The notes under the pieces were generated by a model. It searched no databases and was not told the origin of the DNA. It was given only the letters and a program-made list of their open reading frames with translations. The position numbers and the translations under genes were made by a program. From Meiothermus sp. (lineage in GTDB: Bacteria; Deinococcota; Deinococci; Deinococcales; Thermaceae), in the NCBI GenBank assembly GCA_033762915.1, contig JANRLD010000015.1, positions 1 to 64,000 of the forward strand: DNA of 64,000 bases. Direction: 5' to 3'. Positions 1-9,012 of the stretch are shown here, piece by piece; the stretch's first letter is position 1, and each line of letters opens with the position of its first letter.

Positions 1-293
1 GAGACGCCGGTCTTTATGCGCTTGTCGTCGCCCAGGATTTCGGCGGGGTAGTCGGGCTGATCTAGGTTGGACCGGCCGCGCTCGAGGCTGAACAGTTCCT
101 CGATGAAGTGTGGCACGGTAATGACCGTAGGCCCCATGTCGAAGGTGAAGCCTTCGGCCTTGCGGACGTAGGCCCGCCCGCCAGGGGCGTCGAGTTTCTC
201 GAGAACTGTGGTTTCGAACCCCAGGCTTTGCAGGCGAATTCCCAGCGCCAGCCCGCCGATTCCCGAACCAATCACGATTGCGGTGCGTGCCAT
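1..293 (-). CDS. crtI: Phytoene desaturase, N-terminal part (runs off the window start)
   Basis: Manual translation (not in ORF track): [62 protein letters not shown]-binding GxGxGG and the CrtI GG(R)...F(T)FDxGPT signature. Confidence 0.88.
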   Translation of the reverse strand, partial: MARTAIVIGSGIGGLALGIRLQSLGFETTVLEKLDAPGGRAYVRKAEGFTFDMGPTVITVPHFIEELFSLERGRSNLDQPDYPAEILGDDKRIKTGV

Positions 294-456
294 ACCGCTA
301 GAAGCTTACGGGAAAGGGGCGGGGACATTCCGTCACAAGGATACAAATCGGTCCGGTGCCGTCCTCGAGCCCGCCACGCAACCCGAGGGGCCAAACACAA
401 GGGCCGTCGAACTGGGTTACCAGTTCGACGGCCCAACCCAACGTCGTGTAGAGCGG

Positions 457-1677
457 TTAGTAGTTGGAGAACAGCAGCAGGTTGGGCGAGCCCGTACCGG
501 CGTTGGAGACCAGGCCGGAGGTGGCACTGCCGATCAGGGCGCTGCGCACGGTCGCGGGGGAGGCGGTTGGGCTGCCCTGAAGGAAGAGGGCCGCGACCCC
601 GGCGACATGTGGGGTGGCCATCGAGGTGCCGCTGATGGTGTTGGTGGCGCTGTTGGAGGTGTGCCAGCTCGAGGTGATCGAAGAGCCGGGCGCGAATAGG
701 TCCAGGCAGGAGCCAAAGTTGGAGTAAGAGGCCCGCGCGTCGGTTGAGGTGGTGGCCCCGACGGTGAGGGCAGAGGAGACCCGGGCCGGGGAGGAGTTGC
801 AGGCGTTGGTGTTGGAATTGCCAGCCGCCACCGCGAAAGTCACACCGGAGCTGATGGCACTGCTCACGGCGCTGTCCAGCGAGGTAGAGACCCCGCCCCC
901 CAGGCTCATGTTGGCCACGGCGGGCTTGACGGCTCTGGCCCGCACCCAGTTCACCCCGGCGATCACCCCGGAGTTGGAGCCGGAGCCGCTACAGTCGAGC
1001 ACCCGCACTGCGACCAGGGTCACCCCCTTGGCAACCCCGTGTATCGAGCCGCCCACCGTGCCCGCCACGTGGGTTCCGTGCCCGTTGCAGTCCTGGCCAT
1101 TGCGCCCATCTCCGATGGCGTCGTACCCGACGCTGGCCCGCCCGCCGAACTGGCTGTGGGTCGTGCGAATGCCGGTGTCAAGGATGTAAGCCCGGACACC
1201 CGCGCCGGTCCGGTTGTAGACGAAGAGGCCGTTGAGGGGTAGGTTGCGCTGATCAATCCGGTCGAGTCCCCAGGTTGCGCCGCTCTGGGTGGCGTTCAAG
1301 GTCACCGGCTGGTCGGCCTCGACGTAATCCACCTTAGCGTTGCTGCGCAGCGACGCCAGTTCGGCCGGGCTCAGCTCGGCCGCTAGGCCCAGCAGGGCGT
1401 CGGCATAGACGTACTTAACGTCAACGCCCGCGCTCAATCCCAAGGCTTCGACCTGTGCCGACTGTAGACTCACGCCGGCCTCGAGACTGGCCTCTAGGGC
1501 CCGCAGGGCCGAGAGGGTCTCGGCGCTCTCCTTGTACACCACGATGTAGCTGCCCGCGATAACCTGCCCGTCGGACGGCTCGAGCAACGGGGCCTGATCC
1601 GGGCCACCGCCCTGGGGGCTGCTTCCGCAGGCCGCCAGCACCACAAGCAAAGCGCCATACACCACGTTCTTCAACAT
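457..1677 (-). CDS. S8 subtilisin-family serine protease, aqualysin-I/proteinase K-like, lipoprotein with I9 propeptide
   Basis: Lipobox LAAC; catalytic [10 protein letters not shown] and [11 protein letters not shown] motifs; mature region [16 protein letters not shown] resembles aqualysin. Confidence 0.95.
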   Translation of the reverse strand: MLKNVVYGALLVVLAACGSSPQGGGPDQAPLLEPSDGQVIAGSYIVVYKESAETLSALRALEASLEAGVSLQSAQVEALGLSAGVDVKYVYADALLGLAAELSPAELASLRSNAKVDYVEADQPVTLNATQSGATWGLDRIDQRNLPLNGLFVYNRTGAGVRAYILDTGIRTTHSQFGGRASVGYDAIGDGRNGQDCNGHGTHVAGTVGGSIHGVAKGVTLVAVRVLDCSGSGSNSGVIAGVNWVRARAVKPAVANMSLGGGVSTSLDSAVSSAISSGVTFAVAAGNSNTNACNSSPARVSSALTVGATTSTDARASYSNFGSCLDLFAPGSSITSSWHTSNSATNTISGTSMATPHVAGVAALFLQGSPTASPATVRSALIGSATSGLVSNAGTGSPNLLLFSNY

Positions 1678-1719
1678 GTTTTCCTCCCACCCCGTCGGTT
1701 TTACCTTCTGCCCTAAGTC

Positions 1720-1747
1720 AGTATATTCTCATTCCCCACGGTGTAAA
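1720..1747 (-). promoter_or_regulatory. Sigma-A-type promoter of the S8 protease gene
   Basis: Minus strand TTTACA-16 bp-TATACT about 45 nt upstream of the ATG. Confidence 0.5.
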
Positions 1748-2100
1748 ACCCCTTTGCACCGCGACAGGGGTGTTATTAGAGCCCTCATCGTCATGCGGTT
1801 GGAGGCTGTGCGCGGGCTGCATAGGAAAAACCCCCGCTCGAGTTTTTCGATCCTCCGGGGCCTCCCTTAAGCGGTACTCAAGGGGGGCCTCAAGCCTCGA
1901 GCCAAAAGTGTGGTTGTCGCTGCGCCGGGGCCGCAGCGTGGTAGGAGGGGAGGAGTTTGGCTCGGTCGCTTGGCGCATAGCGCCCCAGAACCGGGTTCGA
2001 GGCAAGCTCTTTTGCTTGAACTGTGGGCTTGGTTTATGCCCCCCCATGCCGACTTTGGGCCTTGGTTGTGGGCGTTCCCGGGACTTGACCGGCCGGGTAT

Positions 2101-2134
2101 GAAAAAACTCGAGGCGGCAAGCCTCGAGTTCTTC
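2101..2134 (-). terminator. Intrinsic terminator downstream of tRNA-Val
   Basis: AACTCGAGGC-GGCAA-GCCTCGAGTT stem followed by a T-run on the minus strand. Confidence 0.7.
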
Positions 2135-2146
2135 ATGTCCTGATCT

Positions 2147-2222
2147 TGGTGGGCAATGAGGGACTCGAACCCCCGACCCCATCCTTGTAAGGGATATGCT
2201 CTACCAGCTGAGCTAATTGCCC
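2147..2222 (-). tRNA. tRNA-Val(TAC)
   Basis: Reverse complement GGGCAATTAGCTCAGCTGGTAGAGCATATCCCTTACAAGGATGGGGTCGGGGGTTCGAGTCCCTCATTGCCCACCA: 76 nt cloverleaf, anticodon TAC, GTTCGA T-loop, encoded CCA. Confidence 0.97.
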
Positions 2223-2329
2223 CCGTCCAAGACCGCCCATCAGGGTAGCACACCGGGTTGGCTTCGTAAAGGCCGGAATTGGCCATGCTCGTACCTTTTC
2301 CCCTGCAGCGTGGCGCGTATACTTCGCCT

Positions 2330-4060
2330 ATGTCCAACGCCACCCTCGAGCTCCCCGCCTGGGACCTCGACCCCATCTTCCCCGGCCTCGAGTCTCCCCA
2401 GTTCGCCCGCGCCTGGGAAGCTGTAAAGGTCCACCTGGGCGAGCTCAAGGCCTTCTGCTCCGAACTCAAGTCTTCCGACTTTCCGGAGTTGGTGAACAAG
2501 CTCAACAGTTTTGGAGAAGACGCCACGCCGGTATATGCCTATCTCTACCTGCTTACCAGCGTAAACAGCTTGGACACAGCCGCCCAGGCCAAGCTCTCCG
2601 AAATGCAGATCATGTTCCTCGAGTACCAAAAGCTGCGCCCCCGCCTCAACACCTTCTTCGCCTCGCTTGAGCCCGGCTCGGCTGGGGAGTACCGCATTCT
2701 GGTCGAGGAGGCCCGGGTAAAGGCCCGTCACCAGATGAGCGAGCCTGAGGAGGTGCTGGCTGCCGAACTGGCCCTCTCTGGCAGCACCGGCTGGGTCAAG
2801 CTGCATGACAATCTGACCAGCCAGATTCTGGTCACGGTGGGGGGCCAGGAGCTTCCCATGCCTGCCACCCGCAACCTGGCCGCCGACCCCAACGAGGCGG
2901 TGCGAAAGAGCGCCTACGACGCCGAGCTGGCCGCCTGGAAGGCCAACCAGACCGCCATCGCGGCGGCACTTAATGGCTACAAGGGCAGCGTCTCGACCCT
3001 CAACCGCAAGCGGGGCTGGGCCGACGACCTCGAGCCCGAACTGCTCGCAAACCGAATCTCGCGCGCCACCCTGGGCGCGATGCAGGCCGCCATGGTGGGT
3101 AGCTTTCCCCACTGGCGGCGCTACTTTGGCGCCAAGGCCAAGGCGCTCGGCAAGGCCAGGCTGGATTGGTGGGACCTGTTCGCCCCGCTGAGCGCCCCGG
3201 CGGGCCACCAGCCGATGAGCTGGGACTGGGAGACCGGGCGCGACTTCATCGTCAAGCACCTCGCGACCTTCTCCAAAGACGACGCCGAGCTCGCCGAGCG
3301 GGCCTATGCCCAGCGCTGGACGGACGCGCCGCCCCGCAGGGGCAAGCAAGGCGGGGCCTATTGCCTGGGGGTGGGGCGGGGGCTCTCGCGCATCCTGACC
3401 AACTACCAGCCCAACTTCGACGCGGTGACGACCATGGCCCACGAGCTGGGCCACGCTTACCACAACCACTGCCTGCGCGATGCCCCTTACCTGCTGCGCA
3501 CCGAGCCCATGACCTTGGCCGAGACCGCCTCCATCATGAACGAGACGGTGGTGGGGGAGGCCGCGATGGAGGTGTTGCCACCGGCCGACCAGTTGGTCGT
3601 GCTCGAGGGCGGCCTGCAAAACGCGGGGCAGGTTATTGTGGACATCCACAGCCGCTTCCTCTTCGAATCCAAGGTCTTTGCCAGACGTCGCGAGCGCGAG
3701 CTGAGCCCGGAGGAGTTCTGCGGGTTGATGCTGGACGCACAGCAGCAGACCTATGGTGACGGCCTTGCCAGCTATCACCCCTACATGTGGGCGGTAAAGG
3801 GCCACTACTACGGCTCTAACTTCTACAACTTCCCCTACGCCTTCGGGCTGCTGTTCGGCCTGGCCCTCTTCCGCAGATATCAGCAGGAAGGTCCGGACTT
3901 TGTGGCCCGATACGACCAACTGCTGGCCTCGACCGGCAAGTATTCCGTCGAGGAGCTGGCCGCCCAGTTCGGCTTCGACCTCGAGTCCGAAGACTTCTGG
4001 CAGGGCGGGATCGACGTGCTGGTAGGCCGGATTGACCAGTTCGAGCGGCTGGTGGGGTAG
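2330..4060 (+). CDS. pepF: M3 family oligoendopeptidase (PepF-like)
   Basis: HELGH zinc motif, downstream LAETAS, GKQGGAYC and HYY...FYNFPYAFG; start chosen at TATACT-N6-ATG. Confidence 0.9.
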   Translation: MSNATLELPAWDLDPIFPGLESPQFARAWEAVKVHLGELKAFCSELKSSDFPELVNKLNSFGEDATPVYAYLYLLTSVNSLDTAAQAKLSEMQIMFLEYQKLRPRLNTFFASLEPGSAGEYRILVEEARVKARHQMSEPEEVLAAELALSGSTGWVKLHDNLTSQILVTVGGQELPMPATRNLAADPNEAVRKSAYDAELAAWKANQTAIAAALNGYKGSVSTLNRKRGWADDLEPELLANRISRATLGAMQAAMVGSFPHWRRYFGAKAKALGKARLDWWDLFAPLSAPAGHQPMSWDWETGRDFIVKHLATFSKDDAELAERAYAQRWTDAPPRRGKQGGAYCLGVGRGLSRILTNYQPNFDAVTTMAHELGHAYHNHCLRDAPYLLRTEPMTLAETASIMNETVVGEAAMEVLPPADQLVVLEGGLQNAGQVIVDIHSRFLFESKVFARRRERELSPEEFCGLMLDAQQQTYGDGLASYHPYMWAVKGHYYGSNFYNFPYAFGLLFGLALFRRYQQEGPDFVARYDQLLASTGKYSVEELAAQFGFDLESEDFWQGGIDVLVGRIDQFERLVG

Positions 4061-4292
4061 AGGGTGTGTACCGTCCGCGGCCAGTCTTCGGCTCCAGGCG
4101 GTGGGTTGTACCGACAAAGACCTACCTTTAGGGCCATAGGATTGACCTCAAACACCTCAAAGCGGTTCCCACTGCTGCGCCCCGGAAATAGTAGTTAACC
4201 GTGTCAGGGACATCGATCTCCAGGATTTGAGGCGAAATTCGGCCCCATCACGACCCGCATCGATCAAGCCGAACCTTAACAATTGAAAACCA

Positions 4293-4355
4293 GATTTTAC
4301 AATCTATAAAATCGAACTTGACATTTAGAAAGTCTTGTTTTACATTTAAGTCAAG
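4293..4355 (+). promoter_or_regulatory. Sigma-A promoter with two inverted repeats (candidate operators)
   Basis: TTGACA (4318-4323)-17 bp-TACATT (4341-4346); GATTTTA-N7-TAAAATC at 4293-4313; CTTGAC...GTCAAG at 4317-4355. Confidence 0.7.
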
Positions 4356-4357
4356 GT

Positions 4358-4458
4358 TGCCCCAGCCATAGTTCTAGTCCACGGGGAGCCGCTAGAGATA
4401 CCTCTAGGGCTAGGTGATGTGTTGTCTTTTTCTGGATGCCCGGCTAGACGGCTGGGCA
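4358..4458 (+). ncRNA. Candidate structured 5' leader RNA
   Basis: TGCCCCAGCC pairs with GGCTGGGCA, TCTAGTCC with GGCTAGA, inner hairpin AGCCGCTAGAG-ATAC-CTCTAGGGCT; the structure ends at the SD. Confidence 0.4.
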
Positions 4459-4470
4459 GGAGGTGAGGTC

Positions 4471-4665
4471 ATGCTCGAACAGAAAGTTCACGAACTGTTG
4501 GCCAAAGAAACCCTCGAGACCTACCGCCGCGAGGCCGAACTCTACCGCCATTTCCCCAAGCCCACCCTGCGCCGCCGCGTGGCGCTGTTGTTCAAGCGCT
4601 GGGCCGAGGCCCTCGAGCCCGGACTCAAGTCCGGCGTGTTCGCCGGCAAGCAGACCCACGCCTGA
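4471..4665 (+). CDS. Small basic hypothetical protein (64 aa)
   Basis: Strong SD AGGAGGTGAGG before the ATG; GC3-rich codon usage. Confidence 0.75.
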   Translation: MLEQKVHELLAKETLETYRREAELYRHFPKPTLRRRVALLFKRWAEALEPGLKSGVFAGKQTHA

Positions 4666-4718
4666 AGTGCCGGGGGTCTGGAATAGAACGCCAAAGTTCG
4701 CCTACCAAGGCTAACCTT

Positions 4719-5417
4719 ATGACCTACGAACCGCACATAGCCCTGCCCGAATACTGGCTGCCCCGGCCCGACATGCAGCTTGCCGTTGAGATGCACCGCA
4801 AACTCGAGGCTGTATATCAGGCTGCGGTCGGGCAGGGTGGCCCGGCATGGATAGACCCGCAGCTCCCCGTCCCTGTTTGGCAGTTCTTGTGTTGGCTCAC
4901 TGACGTTAAGGGCCACCTGCTTCATGGAACCGGCGACCCTGGCATTGCCCTCTTTGAGCCACGCCAATCCAACGACGTGGGCGAGTTCGGCAACCGCAAG
5001 GCGGTGTACGCGGCCAGCGACGGGATTTGGCCGATGTTTTTCGCGGTCTCTGATCGGAGCCGGTACCCCATGACCATCTCTAACGCGGCCATCCGCGTCG
5101 AGATGCCGGATGGCCTGAGTCGTCCGCACTACTTCTTCTCGATGAGCGACGTCGTGCTGGCCCAAAAGCCCTGGCGCGAGGGCGTGGTTTACGTGCTGCC
5201 AAGGGCGGGTTTTGAGCAAGAGGCCCCTTACAGCTGGCAGGGTATGCCCGTTCACACCAACCACTGGGCCAGCCCGGAGGCCGTGCAGCCTCTGGCCAAG
5301 CTGCGTGTGCGCCCGGAGGACTTCCCCTTTTTAGCCCGTGTGCGGGCCCACAACGACGAGGTTCTGGGCCGGCGGATTGCCGCCAAGCCCCATGACTTTC
5401 CCTGGATTGAAGACTAA
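4719..5417 (+). CDS. Hypothetical protein, possible ADP-ribosyltransferase (Arr-like) fold
   Basis: LLHGT, AVYAAS, GVVYVL..GFE and HWASPEAVQP occur in the order of the ART core strands; fold call is inference. Confidence 0.7.
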   Translation: MTYEPHIALPEYWLPRPDMQLAVEMHRKLEAVYQAAVGQGGPAWIDPQLPVPVWQFLCWLTDVKGHLLHGTGDPGIALFEPRQSNDVGEFGNRKAVYAASDGIWPMFFAVSDRSRYPMTISNAAIRVEMPDGLSRPHYFFSMSDVVLAQKPWREGVVYVLPRAGFEQEAPYSWQGMPVHTNHWASPEAVQPLAKLRVRPEDFPFLARVRAHNDEVLGRRIAAKPHDFPWIED

Positions 5418-5425
5418 GGAGCCTT

Positions 5426-6589
5426 ATGAACGAGAAACAGCGGATACTCAACCTTCTAAAGGAAGGACGAATCACCTCGGAGGAGGCGGTGATGCTCTTG
5501 GAGGCTATCGAAGAGCCCGCCTCTGCACCCCGGGGCAACCCCAGCTGGAGCGGCGAGATTTCGCGAGTGGCCAGGGAGGTTCAGCGGGAGGTGAGCCGGG
5601 AAGCCGCCGAGATCGCTAGAGAGGCCCGCGAGGCTGCCCGCGACGCAAGCAAAGAGGCCGCCCGGGCGGGCCGTGAAGGCGTTAATCTTGAACGCGAGAT
5701 CAGTCGGGCACTCAGGGCACCCACTCCCCCGACCCCGCCCACTCCCCCTACTCCCCCCACCCCGCTCACACCCCTGACCCCACTTTCGACCCCCATGGCT
5801 CCCAACCCGCCGGTAGTAGTCGTATACGGAGATGAGAGTGGCCGCCCCGAGGGGCTGCGCTGGGTAGAGGTGAATCTGACCTCCGGCAACCTCGAGGTGC
5901 GATCCGATCCCGACCTCACCAGGCCGGTCATCGGGGGCGATGTCGAGTCGCTGAACATCCAGGAAGACGGCGACACCATCAAGATAAGCAGCCAGCAAGG
6001 CCACCGCCGCAAGGGCAGCACCAAGTTCTTGGGCATGAACATCTCCTGGGACCTCGAAGAGGCCCCGGGCGGCGAGCCCGAAATCGTCCTGCCGGCCGGC
6101 TGGGGAGTTGAAGTCAGGCTCCAGTCGGGCGATCTGTCGGCCCAGGGGGTCGAGTACGTGCGGGGCGAAGTCAAGAGCGGCGACGTGCACTTAGAGGGGG
6201 TCGGTTCGGCCAGCCTGAGCGTCTACTCCGGAGACCTCAATGCCGAAGACCTTGGCTCTCTGCGCGGGGCCGTGTACAGCGGCGACGTGCACTTAGGGGG
6301 GGTTCGCGGGATAGACCTCGAGGTCGCTTCGGGCGACGTTAGCGGCGACCTGCTTCTCACCGAGGGCCAGCACCGATTGGGCGTGGTCAGGGGTGACGTC
6401 AGTCTGAACCTGGGCGGCAGCTCGGTGCAGGTCGAGGGGCGGGTAAACCGGGGTGAGCTGCACCTCGGCCTGCCCGAGGGCACGGAGTTTTCGCGCCAGA
6501 AGCGCACCTTTAGTGCGACCGTCGGCGGGGGCACGGCGCTGCTCAAGGTCAGCGTTGGTGGCGGCGATCTGACCCTCGATGCCGAGTAA
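5426..6589 (+). CDS. SHOCT-like + DUF4097 (Toastrack beta-solenoid) protein, YvlB/LiaX-like
   Basis: N-terminal EKQRILNLLKEGRITSEEAVMLLEAI; coiled-coil and Pro-Thr linker; repeated SGD(L/V) beta-strand motifs; SD AAGGAG. Confidence 0.85.
   Translation: MNEKQRILNLLKEGRITSEEAVMLLEAIEEPASAPRGNPSWSGEISRVAREVQREVSREAAEIAREAREAARDASKEAARAGREGVNLEREISRALRAPTPPTPPTPPTPPTPLTPLTPLSTPMAPNPPVVVVYGDESGRPEGLRWVEVNLTSGNLEVRSDPDLTRPVIGGDVESLNIQEDGDTIKISSQQGHRRKGSTKFLGMNISWDLEEAPGGEPEIVLPAGWGVEVRLQSGDLSAQGVEYVRGEVKSGDVHLEGVGSASLSVYSGDLNAEDLGSLRGAVYSGDVHLGGVRGIDLEVASGDVSGDLLLTEGQHRLGVVRGDVSLNLGGSSVQVEGRVNRGELHLGLPEGTEFSRQKRTFSATVGGGTALLKVSVGGGDLTLDAE
5719..5795 (+). repeat. 9-bp tandem repeats encoding a (PTP)n linker
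   Basis: Encodes APTPPTPPTPPTPPTPLTPLTPLSTP. Confidence 0.8.
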
Positions 6590-6637
6590 GGAGCCGCCGT
6601 GAACATCCACATTGGAGTACCCTCAGGAGGCAGATCC

Positions 6638-7414
6638 ATGAACGAACGGAATCGCATCGAAGCCCTGTTCCAGTCCGGCAAAATTACCCGTGAGGAGGCT
6701 GACCTGCTAATCTCGGCCCTCGAGGAAGGTTCAAAGGCAGAGGACTATGCCTACAAGGCCATGGACGAGAACCTGGGCCAGCCCCAGGTCAGCCACCAGC
6801 CCGCGGGTTGGCAGCCGGACGGTTTGCCGCAAAACCTACGCTGGATCCGGCTCCGGCTGCTCGCGGGCGAGCTCGAGGTAAAACTCGACCCCAGCCTCCA
6901 GTCGCCGGTTGTGGCGGAAGGCCAGGCCGAAGTCCGACCCAGCGGCGGGGATGTGGAGATCATCCCGCAGATGGTCAAGAGCAGCTTTCTGGGGGGCCTC
7001 TTGAGTGGGATGCCGGTGGGCTCGCTCGAGATCCGGGTGCCGCCCGGCTGGGGCCTCGACCTCGACTCCAAGGCCGGCAATGTGGAGGTCGACGGCATCG
7101 ACTACCTGAGGGGCCGCATCGCTGCGGGAAATGTCGAACTCGAACGGGTCAAGGGCCTCGACCTCGAGACCAGCGCGGGCAACATCGAGGGCACGCTGCT
7201 GCTCACCGAGGGCCGCCACCGCTTGAAAGTCAGCATGGGCAACGTGGACCTGGACCTGCTCGAGGGCTCCAGCGTCCGCCTTGACGCCGGCGTGAGCATG
7301 GGCAATCTCGCAATGAACGGCAACTTCCAGCCCGGCACCTCAATCGTCGGCGGCGGCAGCGCAAGCTTCGACCTCGCGGTGCGGATGGGAAATCTGGAAG
7401 TGCGGGCGAAGTGA
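6638..7414 (+). CDS. Second SHOCT-like + DUF4097 (Toastrack) paralogue
   Basis: ERNRIEALFQSGKITREEADLLISAL; AGN/MGN strand repeats; shares LLLTEGxHRL with the upstream paralogue; SD CAGGAGG. Confidence 0.85.
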   Translation: MNERNRIEALFQSGKITREEADLLISALEEGSKAEDYAYKAMDENLGQPQVSHQPAGWQPDGLPQNLRWIRLRLLAGELEVKLDPSLQSPVVAEGQAEVRPSGGDVEIIPQMVKSSFLGGLLSGMPVGSLEIRVPPGWGLDLDSKAGNVEVDGIDYLRGRIAAGNVELERVKGLDLETSAGNIEGTLLLTEGRHRLKVSMGNVDLDLLEGSSVRLDAGVSMGNLAMNGNFQPGTSIVGGGSASFDLAVRMGNLEVRAK

Positions 7415-7567
7415 ACTAGTTGGGAGAGGGTAGCCCGATCTGCTGGCAACGACCCCAAGGCCCCTCTACTCCATTCCACAGCCGTAGCTCGAGGAGCCCC
7501 GTACCGCCATCCTGGGGAGGCTCCTAGCACCGAACCAACCTCTGTCCCTGTCGAATAAGGAGTTGTT

Positions 7568-8032
7568 ATGGACGACAAGAAGCGCATCATGGACCTGGTC
7601 AAAGAAGGCCGCATCTCGGTAGAAGAAGCCCTGCGCCTCATCGAGGCAATGGGGACCGACAAGCCCGGAAGTAAAACCCCCCCGCCCTCCGCACCCGCCT
7701 CGCCCGGCTACGCCTATACCACCGTAACCACCTCACAGCCTGCCCACCGGGGCATCGCCAAGATGATCCGAATTGTCATCGACGGCGAGGACGTGAGGCT
7801 TAAGGTTAACGTTCCAGCCTCGCTGGCGAAGTTCGCCGCCAACTTTATCCCGCCCGAGGCCAAGGCCCAGATCAACGCCCAGGGTATTGACCTCGCGGGC
7901 ATCCTGGACATGCTCAAAGGCGACCTGCCGGAAGGCAAGCTGGTGGACATCGAGATCAACGACATGGCCAAGATGTCGGGGGGCGAGTCCCGCATGAGCG
8001 GGCCGATGAAGGTTATGATCGAGGTGTTATGA
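7568..8032 (+). CDS. SHOCT-like domain protein (DUF2089-operon associated)
   Basis: DKKRIMDLVKEGRISVEEALRLIEAM, then KMIRIVI...KVNVP...GKLVDIE domain; SD AAGGAG. Confidence 0.85.
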   Translation: MDDKKRIMDLVKEGRISVEEALRLIEAMGTDKPGSKTPPPSAPASPGYAYTTVTTSQPAHRGIAKMIRIVIDGEDVRLKVNVPASLAKFAANFIPPEAKAQINAQGIDLAGILDMLKGDLPEGKLVDIEINDMAKMSGGESRMSGPMKVMIEVL

Positions 8033-8439
8033 GTGTTCTTAGGGAACAGGGTGGGCGGCAGGGGGATCAGTTGTGGTTGATGTTTTCGGGTTTCAGCTCC
8101 CGCCTTTCGCTGCCCGCCCTGAGCCTGCTGCGCCCGCGCTTCGTCTACGTTTTAGTGCTGGTCCGCTTGGGCGCGCTGCCCATACCGCTGGTTGTGTTTG
8201 CGCCGCTGGGTCTGGTGCAGCTTGGCCTGTGGGTGGCGGCTAGAGCGCTTGAGCGGCGTCCCAATCCCGACCGCCAGGCCCAAGAAGTCATCCGCAATGT
8301 GCGCGCCGGGGTGGGCCAGCTCCGGCTGATACCCGCCTTCGCGATGGTTGAGGCCGGCGTTGGGGGCAAGTTGCTCGAGCAGGCTGAGGTGGGCAAGTAT
8401 CGCCTCGAGCGCGTCTATGTCAAGGTGGGATTGCTGTGA
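8029..8439 (+). CDS. Hypothetical membrane-associated protein
   Basis: ATGA overlap with the upstream gene; hydrophobic LPIPLVVFAPLGLV segment. Confidence 0.7.
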   Translation: MSVLREQGGRQGDQLWLMFSGFSSRLSLPALSLLRPRFVYVLVLVRLGALPIPLVVFAPLGLVQLGLWVAARALERRPNPDRQAQEVIRNVRAGVGQLRLIPAFAMVEAGVGGKLLEQAEVGKYRLERVYVKVGLL

Positions 8440-8843
8440 TGCGCATCTACCCCATGCCCACCCAGTGCCCGGTACAGGGATGCGACGGTCGGCTTCACGT
8501 TACCGGGCTGGTCTGCTCCGAGTGCCGCACCGAGATCCGGGGCGAGTTCGAGCCCAACGAGTTCGCCCTGCTGCCCCCGGAGCACCTCGAGTTTCTGCGT
8601 CTCTACATCAAGGTGCGCGGCAACCTAAAGGAAGTCGAGCGCATCCTGGGCTTGTCCTACCCCACAGTGCGGGCCCGCTTCGAGGGCCTACTGCAGGTGC
8701 TGGGCTACGAGAATGCCGAGGAGCCGCCACCGCCCGCCTCGAGTCGGGAGAAAGACGCCATCCTGGGTGCGCTGGAAAGGGGAGAGATGAGCGCGGCGGA
8801 CGCAGCGGAGGCACTGCGGGCGATCAAGAAGGGAAAAGGCTAA
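8439..8843 (+). CDS. DUF2089 family protein (Zn ribbon-HTH-SHOCT-like), probable transcription regulator
   Basis: CPVQGC...CSEC Zn ribbon; RGNLKEVERILGLSYPTVRAR HTH; C-terminal ILGALERGEMSAADAAEAL. Confidence 0.9.
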   Translation: MRIYPMPTQCPVQGCDGRLHVTGLVCSECRTEIRGEFEPNEFALLPPEHLEFLRLYIKVRGNLKEVERILGLSYPTVRARFEGLLQVLGYENAEEPPPPASSREKDAILGALERGEMSAADAAEALRAIKKGKG

Positions 8844-9012
8844 GAAACTCCTGGAGTGGTAGCGGGCCGCCCGAACGGGTTTGGGGACGCGGGCCTGTTA
8901 CGGGATATTGGCCAGGAGGGCGCCGTACCCCGCTAGAGGAAAGTTGCGTTGTCGGCGAACTACAGAGTGCCGTGATTAATAGGTCGGGTTTGGCTTTGGG
9001 TAGAATCGCCCC

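Noticed and set aside
2147..2222. tRNA-Val as an integration site for an island
   Set aside because: No integrase and no duplicated tRNA 3' end seen in the window
5719..5795. Short tandem repeats as a CRISPR or contingency locus
   Set aside because: In-frame degenerate 9-mers encoding a Pro-Thr linker; no spacers or cas genes
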